A stretch of 64,000 nucleotides of DNA, taken from Iphione sp. A-MEVVRFRX5 (Eukaryota). The DNA lies in the NCBI GenBank assembly GCA_976226885.1, contig OZ320320.1:48050001-48114000 (forward strand). The letters run 5' to 3'. The notes under the pieces are model-generated. The model was not told the DNA's origin and did no database searches. It worked only from the letters and a program-made list of their open reading frames with translations. This document shows, piece by piece, positions 47,803 through 59,700 of this stretch. How positions within the stretch are numbered: position 1 is the first letter of the stretch; every line of letters begins with the position of its first letter. Both the position numbers and the translations under genes were made by a program.

Positions 47803-50800
47803 TAACTGTACCTGTCCATGTCATGTGACTGGAAATCACACTTCTAAAAATGAATCGAGACTTGGTTTGTGAGACGGCATGGTGTAGGAGCAGAGGAAAA
47901 TCCCAATAAACAGATCCGTGGCTTAAGCTGTCAGTTTGCAAGCGCTAAAGATGTATATAGTCACAACACATGCACTGATACGGAACAAGTGAATACATGT
48001 ACATGTATAAACCTAAAACCAAGGCATAAGCAAAGGGAGGCGAAGTAGAACGAGGGAAAATATAAGGAAGAAACGGAAATCTTTTCCTCTGATATCTCTC
48101 CCTTCCCCTCTGTCGATAGATACACTCTTTTCCTACTTCCCTCCCTCCTCTTTCCCCTCCTATTCCATGGCTTCGTTTCTCGCCGTTCCCTTCTCTCCAT
48201 TTCTAAAATCACCATCTATCTCTTCCTCCATCCTTTCCTCACTCTTCCTCCTTTTTTTCTCTCGCCCTCTCTCACACTTAACTCTCTTCCACCCTCTCTC
48301 TCTCTCTCTAGCTCTCTTTCTGTCCTTCCCTCCCAGGGGGAGGCGTGAAATCCCTCTGTCGTTTCTGAAAGACTGACATACGTGACAGTTCTGTTTTCCC
48401 GAGTTCCACTTGGCCGAACATGAAGGCCTTGGATCTCTGCGTTCAACTACAGCCATACTCCTTATTCCCCCGCCAGCGTCATGACCTCAACAGTTGGTTT
48501 GACTATCAGGATATACAGCAAAATTTCCACTACTTACTTTCTCCTAGACTGGGTCAGTAATCTCGGTTTTGGTCACGCGCGTCAGAGAATAAAGAGAAAG
48601 TTCCATAAAACGCACTTCCTCACTGGATTCATAAATAGGCTCTCAACTTTGGAGTCAGGATTTACAGGAAAACTTCCGCAATCATTTCGCACTAGATGCT
48701 TGCTAATACTTGCTCATCAAAGAGCGATACATTTTTTTCTGTACAAAGAATTAACTGCGGATATTGACTCCGCAGTATATCTTTAAACTGTCAGCCTAGA
48801 AACTCAGTCGACGCATGTCCATTCCCTGTGATCACGTCCTCACTCGACCATCAGTGGCTCTAAGTTCCATACGCGGATATAGCGTGACTATTATGGAGGT
48901 AACCTGGCGGGATTAATTTGGCCAATACATGTATTAATGTACTTGTGTAACGTTTTGTATGGTCTCCCGTGCATGGTGCTAGTTTGGGTGCCTCCGTGAC
49001 CTAAGGTCTTTTTTTCCTCCCCTTGAATGAGTCACTGCCACTGGGAACCATATTAGTTCCCGGCGTTCTTTCACCGTTGCTTGTCACGACTCAATGGCCA
49101 AAATAAAAGCCCAGACCACAATTGGGACTTTCTGGATGACTAAAACGGAGCTATGCTGTCGTAGCTCGGTACTAAAAAGGGACCGTTGTGGTTTTCATAT
49201 ATGCATCACTGACTTGAATTTCGAGCTGACTTGGCATTAATTGTTCAACCCAGAGATATTAGATCATCGACGGTAATCCAAAGAGAAAAAAGATACTTTG
49301 TATCTGAACTCTGAATTGTGGATGACTGCATTTTAATAAAGTCAATATTTTTTCCCATTGAAATCACATACACTTACTGGAGTTTAGAATGAAAATGTTA
49401 AAGGAAACAAGGTTTGCAAGACTGGTATGATCTTTTCAAACCTGTTTATTGAGATTCCGTAGATAACATAGGCAAATATCACTGGATTGTTACATACAAC
49501 AACAGCAAAAGTATCAAATAAGTAGACATATTGGACTTATATGAGAAGTGCGACATAATAAACACGTTAGTATGTACTGATAATTCAAACAGCAAAGTTA
49601 AAATTTCAGAGTTGTAGTCATATCGTCAATTTCACAGTGAACATATACATCGTTCAAAACAACACAGCAATAACTTATAGACGACTCCTTACATAAAAGA
49701 ATCACTAACGAATTATTCACGAACATATATGTGTCATACATTATGCCTTTTCCATACTGGTAATTTTGTGCAAGTCTGATAACAGTCCACTAGTTTAAGT
49801 GTCGTATGTACAGCATAGAGATGAGAGGACAAGTGCACACATATATCAACATATAGTAGGCATGGTTGGATGGAGGAGCGGTATGTACACATAGATATAT
49901 ACATGCATCTGTGGCATCTGGATTAGAGCTATGTACAACTGAGACCCTCCTTTATGAGATAAATATGTGTAAGAGTGATATATACACATGAGGTACATGT
50001 CCACCCATATAGGATCAGCTTCTGGATAAGATGTGGTGGAATGATCTGAGAGAGACTACAAAAGGTTTGGTGTGTATCCGTAAGTTCAAGAAAGAAATGA
50101 AAAGGTATATGGATACTTAATTGTGCAGCTACCCTAGCTTTAGCACACGGTGACCTAGACTCTGACGAGCCGAAGTCTTGACCGTGAAGAACAGCAGGGG
50201 AGGGGGAACCAATCACGTCAGAAGCAACAACAGCTTGGTGGGTAAAGGTGAGTGGGCGAGACTGTTGAGGCATGTCTTGAAAGGACTCGGACTTTTTCGG
50301 GGCAAAGTCAACAACAGAATCGCCAGCAGCACGTTTCTGGGGAGTTTTAGCCTTATCTGCCTTACCAGAGGCCTTTTCAAAGGAACTTTCATCTCCTTTT
50401 TTGGTCTTGAGAAACCAGCTCATAAGTCCCCCGCAAAAAAAATTATCCAAATTTGTTAAAGGTGTCCACAAAGCCTTGTGGCAGGTGTAAAAATTAATAA
50501 AAACTAATAGAATTACTAAGGAAATAAGAAGAAACTTGATATAAAGGAACAAAAGAAGAATGGTTAAGAAAAAACCTGAATGGAACCAACGTTGTAGCAA
50601 AAGGATCAGCAGAAACAGTCTGTATAAGTCGACAGAGCGCCAAGAACTGACTTCGGTTTAAATATACAACATTGGCACTCCTCTCTCACTGCTGGCACCT
50701 AGAGGTCAATATTGGAAACAAATTCATACAGCAGATTTTCTACGGATGTTAGAATTTGTGAGCTAGTTTTGTAAACAACACATACATGCATTGCTTCTAT

Positions 50801-51208
50801 GACTTATAAATGGGGAAAATAAGAAAAAAATATCACTGTAAAAACAATTCGGACAGTTTCATAGCTGTATGTTATAAATATGACAGTGAACATTCAGCTA
50901 TTCGGCAAATCTTAAACATGTGTACATGTACATGTATATACATTATAAATACGATTTCATGGATCTTCCCATAGACCCAGTGTTTAGCACAATGTCGTAG
51001 GGTAAAATAACCATACCAACTTAGAGCCAAAACACTGTGACCAAAGCTTAGTCATATATATTGGCCGTAGTCTGTTTGAATGGGTGATCTATAGTGATGG
51101 ATACACATCTATATGTGTATATACAGAGTATGGATGAAGGGTATACATGTACAGCCAGACCTCAGCATCCGGAGACCCTGTAACTGTAAAATCACATCAA
51201 TCAGACTC

Positions 51209-51763
51209 AAACAAGAGTGTGGACCTGTGAGGTCTATTGTCCCCCACCATCAACTGCCCATAAAGATGGGGGGGGGGGGGGAGAAGGAGAGAGAAAGAGA
51301 GAAAATGAGAGTGAGAGTGTGTGTGTGTGTGTGTGTGTAGTGTCTCTATCTTCTTACAACCACCTTGATTGGCAGCTTGTTTTGGGGGTAGTTGGCTAGA
51401 CTTGTTCAAGTCCTTCAGGTTTACAACTCTCGGTTCTGCCTGACCGGGCACAGCCCACTCAGTTCTGCCTCACTGAGTGTGTATGTGCATTGTCAGACCT
51501 AGGAACCCCTGAACCAGGTATGTATGTTTGTAGGTGTTAGGAAAAGAGTAAAATTGGCATAATTTCACCTTCAAAATATTTGAATTACTACCAAAATTAC
51601 CCAGTGCCATGGGGCTATATATACCAATATCATATATTAAAATGAGTTTTTTTGAGTGAAGAGTTTAAGACTCATAACACCCACAAGAGTGTGACGGATG
51701 GTCAGGACACCAGCTGGCAGCATTCCTAATGCCCCCCCCCTCTATGAGGTGGGGGACAACAAT
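51209..51763 (+). mobile_element. Helentron-associated (HINE-like) non-autonomous element
   Basis: AACAAGAG start, internal microsatellite, gacggatgg motif and a 3' hairpin ccccccc-tctatgaggt-ggggg followed by an A-rich tail. Confidence 0.55.
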
Positions 51764-53448
51764 AAGAGGACCAAGCCATTTTCACTATGAACTGTATTAC
51801 TTAACCAGATTTCATTATCTGTTACTGGAGTGTATTTCAAGCCATTTTTACATGATTTCTATAGTAAATAATTAGTTAACCGGAGGCACTAAAACAAAAG
51901 AAAAACACCAGCCATTACGTGTATAGACAGCACAAAGTGAATACATGTATTACATAAGTGCAAAAAGCCAGCTGGGACCTCCCAAAGAAACAACACAGTG
52001 CAGAGCAACTAAGATGGGTTAAAAGTAACATACACATGTGAAAAGCCAGCCGGTCACCTCCTAAATATAGAAACAACACAGGCCAGATCGTTTAACAATG
52101 GTTAAAGGGTTGTACATTCACTATTATGTAAGTTTTCCTCATCAGGAGATGCATTGGTGGTAGGTAATTTTACAACCAGATTATCCGGTATTCGGAACAT
52201 TTTAATAGAAATGACAGTACTCTGGTCAACGAGGTCTGACTGTACATATATGCCTTACAGATGTATATCTACAGCATAAAGATAAGAGGTGTGTAAATAT
52301 AGGGTACACTTTACCTCTACAATCAAACATCCCGTCTTCACTTGCAACAGTAGTTATTGGTGAATTTGGTCGCAAATTGGTAAGTGTTAATTATAGAAAT
52401 CCGATACTTCTGGCCTCACCTTAAATGATCTTAAATTGAATTTGGTCGCAAATAGTTTCCACTGTACAAAGCTGTAGTTTAAAAAAGAGGAAATTTTACA
52501 AGTGGCTTTCCACAGGGCCACTGCGCCCCTTGCCTATATACATACATAAACGCAGTGTTCGGACTTGATATCTTAGAGCAATGACCCCCGGGGTTAACTG
52601 ACACGGAACTGTCTTGATCAACACATATTCATTAACCCTACACGGGCAAACAGTATTATAGTATAGTTTAACATGAGGGCGTAGTAGTCAAGTGAATGTT
52701 AGGTATCTAGGTCGAAAATTAGTATGGATGGAGCCAAAAAGTCTATTTTCATATTTTCCATATCTAGAATGAAGCATAGCTATGGAACAAACAGTGAGAT
52801 GAATAATTATAATACTGAAGTGATGCAATACCCTGCGTGCACATAGTAAATTTCACACTACAGAATCAGAACATTGTATACAATAATTAAGAAGACCGAC
52901 GAATTTCTGATGGAGGAGGATCAGTTTGTCGGACAGCATTACATGTATTTTTAAGCCCCCCCCCCCCCCACTACAGAGGCAGGGGACAAAAAGTTGACCC
53001 ATGGTTACTGGTTGAGTGGAAGTTCCAGCCGTAGCTGTCACAGATGTAAGAAATGAACTGACTATCAACATTGTGGGGAACTTTTGATGCTAGCAGCGAG
53101 GTTCATTGATCAAACGAAAGATGGCAGCACCGTCAGATCTCCTCATCGAAGGGTGGTAGTTCTTGGCGGTTAGAGGCAACAAGGACCAAAGGAGTAACAG
53201 TCTTACTGCCATGGGTGGAAAATGGAAGAGACGTGTCTGGAGATTCGTTGAGTAATTCCGAGTTATAAGTCACATTGTCTGGTAACTGACTGAATTACTC
53301 CAGTCATGAAATACTATACTGAACTTCTAGAAGAAAACTCCTAGAATAACCAACACGAGGCAGGCACATAAATCACTTTGAAATAGGACACCCCTTTAGT
53401 CTGCCATAATGTCTTAACAGATAATACCAATATATTATTCTATCTGAT

Positions 53449-53454
53449 TTTATT
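53449..53454 (-). other. Candidate ANKLE1 polyadenylation signal AATAAA
   Basis: tttatt on the + strand about 90 nt downstream of the ANKLE1 stop. Confidence 0.45.
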
Positions 53455-53542
53455 TTTTTGTGGATGGAGCTATAGCTGCACGAAGGAGATATTAATCTAT
53501 ACACATCACGCTGAGCAATGCCTGCAAATCTGTCATCCTGTA

Positions 53543-53709
53543 TTAAGCTTGAATGTCTGCAGGTCGTATCTGGCGTTCACCCTCAGACAACAGGATGCGG
53601 AAGGCCTTGTGAAGGAGACGTACCCCCAGCATCCGCTTCTTACGGAGACACCAGTTGGCAGCTGGACCATAGTACTCACCAGTTTTCACATTCGTCAGCC
53701 GTTTTAGAC
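53543..53709 (-). CDS. ANKLE1: ANKLE1 last exon (LKRLTNVKTGEYYG...EGERQIRPADIQA*)
   Basis: ctgctag|GT, phase 1; TAA at 53545-53543. Confidence 0.95.
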
Positions 53710-56700
53710 CTAGCAGAGAGACAGAGAGAGGATACTGTTAATATATTACAGTACAGTAGCAACTCACCTTGAGTACAGTTCGACTAGGAGGGCACCTTAG
53801 ACTTACAGGCAAGTTTAGCTGGCCCTGTGGTTAATTTTCTATATCTGTTAACCAACTCAGATAGCAGGGCAACTCACAGTTAAGGGCAAAGTGGTCTGGT
53901 CCACTTGGTGGTCTTAATTCTGAGCTGCTACTGTAAAGTCTCGATACAATCTGCGATTGACTACCTATATTTATCTGCTTGAGAAGACGAGGATAACTCT
54001 TCCTGCCATATTGAATTATGCATGTGATGCTACACCTCCAGTATCATAAAAATGTTTGTTTTTGTAATATATAGTGGTACGTCTCAAATACGGACACCGG
54101 CTGTTAGGCAGTTATCACGTGCACGTTTTTCTACGGATACATACACAGATGTGTGGGCATATTCTATCCATCCTATAGAAATCATGTAGGCCATTCAGAT
54201 GTACATATATATCTATGTAGCTACACACACGGATGTGTATGTGTAAATGATGAATTGGTTGGGGATGGGTTTTCTACATATACAGATGCACAGACCATAG
54301 AGAGCGATGGTGAAGACAATCTGCTTACTATATTCTTAATAAAACTACACTCAGCAGGACGCATTCTACATCTCCAGACCCATAGACATAATTTTTGTCT
54401 GTACTGCATATGCACACATATGATAAGGGTCTTATGAGCTCAACTGTCCACATTTCGGATGTGGCCGCATTGTGGGTCTGCCAGTAGTATAGGAATAGAG
54501 AATCATGTTAGCTAGGTTTCATACAAAAAACAGCATATTTCCTCTCTTTTACCTGATAATTGTTCAGCAATTTTGCCATTTTTTCAACCGGAATTGGATG
54601 GGTTTTGCCATTTTCAAGTGAAAATTACATGAGTTTTTCCGTTTTTCACCTGAATTTGCATGAATTGTGTCAAATCTGCACGAATCTTGTCATTTGTCAA
54701 TTTGCATTTTTCAGACAAATTTTACATTTTCATGCCCATGAAAACATGGCACAGATAATACACCACTCAAAGTGGGTGACACGAGTCTACTGTATGCACT
54801 TTAACTGTAGACACTTCGAATATCATAGAATATCAACCATCAAAAATTGATGTCCTGATTAGAGACATCTTCTCATACAATGTAACGAAAGGAAACAAAC
54901 TTCTGAGCTCAACTGTCCCCATTTGGAACATGGCTGCATTATAGATGTGTCCACCAACCGATGTTCCACTGTAATACGCTATGCTTTCCAAACCCTGGAA
55001 TCTTCAAAATCTGGCATTCACTTGAAATTAACACTGAATGAGGATGAATACTTAACACGTAGGTACATTACAATACACTGTATTAGTAGCTTCACATCTT
55101 TTGAATTTGAGAGAATTTTATTCTCGCAATTAATACAATTATATATTCTGTCCAGAGTGATGCAGTGAGTGAAAAAGAAATGATAAATTCTGTACAAACT
55201 ATAGTCTAATAAATTTACAAATGTGTCCTACCTTGGAATACTATTCGTGCAGATTTTATTGCAACAAAACTAATCCAACAAACTAACCTTAATTATCTAG
55301 AGGAACTAACATACATGTATTTCAAATTTAATTATTAAGAATCAGCAAATTTGAAACAATGATTCATGAGTTCATTGTAGATAGACCAACAAGGTTATAA
55401 CCGATGGTCAGACAGCAATGTTCCTATGGTTGCATGTTCTAAAATGGATAGCCATGACTCTCCTATACCTTCACTGTCCCAGAAGCATCTTCACTCAATG
55501 CCATCGCTAATCGCGTAGCCCAATCTTTCTGAGACAGGGGAGCCAACAAGAAATTTACTAAGATGAGATGTACCACCCTACACAAATAAACTCATAGCAC
55601 TGGCCTCAGCATGGTGTCTATTGAATTACCTAATGCCTCGATGATGGCAGCTTCTCGGGTGAATGCCTCTACGGAGATCACGTTTTGGAACATATGAAGG
55701 GACACCACTCCCACACCATCGTGCCAGATGTCCAGGATCCTACGCACCTTGGCACCCGGTGGCTGCAAATAGGTGGAGAAGAATGTTAAAAGATATATCA
55801 TAAGATTGTTTTAGACCGAAAAAGAATATCAAGATTCTTCCACTGTGTCAGCCATCCTGCTACAATGCAGCATTCACTGTAATTGGTGATGTCTAAAAGA
55901 CTCTCCATCGATGCACTATTTCCATCATTTGTATATGTAAATGTCCCACCTAATTGAGTACTAATATATTACAAAACAACAAATGGTAACTAGAATATCA
56001 TATACATATTCAATACTATCCTTTAAAGACAGATGGTGTGGACTTATCTGTTTTAAGTCAAAAGCAGCACTATGAAAAACTATAAAATGCTTTTATAAAT
56101 ATATGATAATAGTGCATCTTCCTTTGCCATCAGGTAAACATTGGCAGTCCTTTTCAAGCTTCCCTCCAGTTCCCCTTAGAACTATTCTAGCCAGACTAAG
56201 AGAACCTTTTCACTGGTTCAATGAAACAGATAACCTGAAAAGCCCAAGACTGTATCTAGAGTGCTAAAATTACAACAAGTCTTGGTCTGTATATACTGTA
56301 TATAGTCAGAAGCCACAATACGGACATCCCTTTGTTACGACCCTAGCTCTGACTCTGGTAATGTCCACATGTTGACATTCAAAAATCTCTTCTGAAAAGT
56401 CCATATTCTGTTAAAGTCCTTATTCTGGTGTGTCCATCCTGTGATATTTGACTGTACCCTGAACTGCACCTGACAGGACAAAGTGAATGCTTACCTTACT
56501 CTGAGTTCCATGCTGGTACTGAACAGCTTCCTTGAAATGAGCATACGGTCGGGCTCGCTTTCCTTTCCCAACATAGAAGATGGCCTCAAGGAACTGTTCA
56601 AATGCTCGCTCATGACCTGGGCAGGGGATAAATGATGAAATAAAATAGATACATAAAAATTTCCTGCAAGTATTATTTTCTATTTATTTCTTTGAAAACA

Positions 56701-59700
56701 GCTGACTGGCATCAACCTTAGGGCTGGTTTACAGGTGGGGCTGTGAGATACAGTGTTATGAGATTGGAACGCAGCTATATCTCTTAAATAATATTGTTCT
56801 GAGAGTGTACCAAATAATTTATCTAATCTATCTCGCCAGGCCAATTTACTATGAGACTGTATATAACAGAATTCTTATTAATTGACAAAAAAAGAGAGCT
56901 ATTTATCTGCAGTACTGGTGCTTTGTGGCTTGGTGTGTGTTATGTAAAGTCAATGTCATTGTTACTCCATCTTTGGTAGATCTCTTGTTTGAAGGCATGT
57001 ATGCAGAGAAAGACAAATAAAGAATTTCAAAATGTATTATGTGTTGCGAATCATAATGTGTTGTATGTATTTGTGCTTTGTTCCATTGTTTGAAAACTCT
57101 ACAGTGGGTTGTTTTTGAAATATGTATGGTGTGTGAGTCTTGTGGCATCTGAAATCTATCTGAGAAATTGTCTCTCAGATCGTAGGTGATGACCTGTGTC
57201 TTGTAATATTTCTGTATATACTCTGGGTGTATTTGGAGGTAGGCTTTGTATCCTTGGATCAATAGATGTGGGTTGATTCGTTCAGATACTAGCATCATTT
57301 GTACTTGGTTGTGTGCTACCGTTGTTGGTGTTCTACTGTCTAGTTGTAGTGCTCTCTTTATCCCTCTATTCTAGAGTGTTTGTATTTGTTTCAATTGTGT
57401 GTTGGATATTGAAGACCATACTATGTCGAGATAATCTATGTGTGGCACTGTCAGCATTTTGTAGAGTATTAGCCTTGTATTGTTGTCAATGTATTAGTTG
57501 ACTAGATTGGGTGATGCAAGTGTTGTGTTTATTTTTCTTGTCATGTGTGCGAGATGTTCTTTCATACTCAGGCTGTTGTCCAGCATGAGTCCAAGGTATT
57601 TGTAGGTTGCTGCTTGGGTCAACTCGTTGCCAGCTAGTTTGATAGTTGTATTCTGTCTTATGTTCTTAATATGTCTGTTGGTTCCAAATATCATGTACTG
57701 AGTCTTTTGTATGTTCAGTGCCAGTTTGTGATGTGTTAGCCAATTATGGACTTTTCTGAGGGTTGAATGTGCTATGTCTATTATTGTCTGGATAAATTTG
57801 TCAGTACAAAGTATGATTGTATCGTCAGCGTAGATAGCATGCTCATGTGGTGACATTTCCTTTGTTATGTAATCTACGTATAGTGCGAAGAGAACAGGAC
57901 CTAGAATTGTTCCTTAAGGTACTCCTGTTAATATTTTCCTCATGTCTGACTTGTAGCCATTGACTTGTGTACATTGAGATCTATCTGATAGATAATTTTC
58001 AAACAATGCATGTGCTGTGTCCGTTATTCATGAGGATGGTATAAGTTGGTCTTGTAATATTGTATTGATAATATTGGGTAGTGGAAGTGAAATCCTCGGA
58101 GCTAATTGAATGATATGCTTCATTGGGAGGTTATGATAACCAGATGGTTTGGTTGTTTGTAGTGATTTCAGAATCTGAAAGACTTCGTCTTCTCTGATCG
58201 GTTCAAAGTGTGGCAGCTTGATGTTGACTGTATTGTAATTATATTGTAGTGTCGTTGTGGGTAGGTTTTTTTCTGGATTTGTATTCCTGTCTGTAAAATG
58301 GTTATTTAGGTGGTTGTCTATTGTTTTCTTGTCAGATATACGTGTGTTATGGATCAGTAGCTGTTCTATAGTGAGGTTATCAGTTTTCTTGCTGGGTAGG
58401 AGTGCTTGGAGTTCCTTCCAGTAATTCCAGGGGTCCTGTTTACATTGCTGTAGTCTAGATGTAATGTTTAATATTCTCTTGGCATTTCTAATTTTAATGT
58501 TGAGTTTATTTCTGATGTGCTTGGCTTGTAGTATGCCAGGTGCTTGTGTCTTCCGGTATTGTTTGAAGAGTATCTGTTTGGTTTTCCTTAGGTCTGCTCT
58601 TTGTTGATCCATTTTGGGATATTTATTGGTATTTTTCTGAATTGAAGTGGAGCGTTTCTATCCAGTGCCTCATGTATTATCTCATCTAGTTGCTTCCACT
58701 GGTTTTGTGCACTGTCTTGGTAGTTGATAGTGTGTATTCTCTGTGCTATTTCTTGTATGAATTTGTATTTGTCAAAGTTTCTGTAGTCTCTGATTTTGAT
58801 GAATTTGAATTTGGGTTTCGTGGAGGCCATTTTCTTTTTGGTGAAGGTCCAGATATGGTCACTAATTGTGGATGTAATTGTGCCTACTGTCTGATACTTA
58901 TTGAGATTCTTTACTAATATTAGATCAATACATGTTTGTGACTTTGTTATGATTCTTGTAGGTGTTTTGATTATGTTGGTAAGTCCCGTTGTGTTTTCAG
59001 CAAACAATCATGTGTATTTCATTGTATTATTGAGGAAAGCTGAAATTGATTCTACAAATTGATTCAAATTGATTCTACAAATTGATTCCAAATTGATTCT
59101 ACAAAGAGCAACGCAAAAATTCAGTCTTGGAAACATTCAGCGCTTGTGAAAACCATAACATGATGTACCTAGTATCTTTACTCGTGCAGGGAGGTTCTCT
59201 GTGATTCTTGAATCAAGCAAGAGGTAATTGAAGGCAGACTTGCGTGTTCCCTCCCTCCATTTTCGCAAGGGGTCAGGGTTGTAGAAGGGTTCTGACATTT
59301 CATCTTCCAAATGCTGCAATGATGAGGTCTCCAACTGGTCGGAGAGGACCTTTGCCAATTCAGGTAAGTATCCTGTGAGAGCAACGTAAACATTTCACCA
59401 CAGAACATACATGGTTATGAAAGAAAGGAATAACAGATGCACTCTATAGCGGTCCTTCTGTAACTGACACTGCCTGTTGCAGGTGATTTCATTAGTTATA
59501 TGAGGACTGTCACTTGTGGGAATCGATAACAGTATAATTTCAACATACATACATGTTTACTCATAGGTCTATCAGTTAAACGGTTATATGATTATTGGTT
59601 ATTGAGGAACCACTGTATTGGAAAGTAAATATTCTATATATTTGAATATATTGACCGAAGACGGATCTATAAAAGTACCATTGGGATATAACTAACTGAA

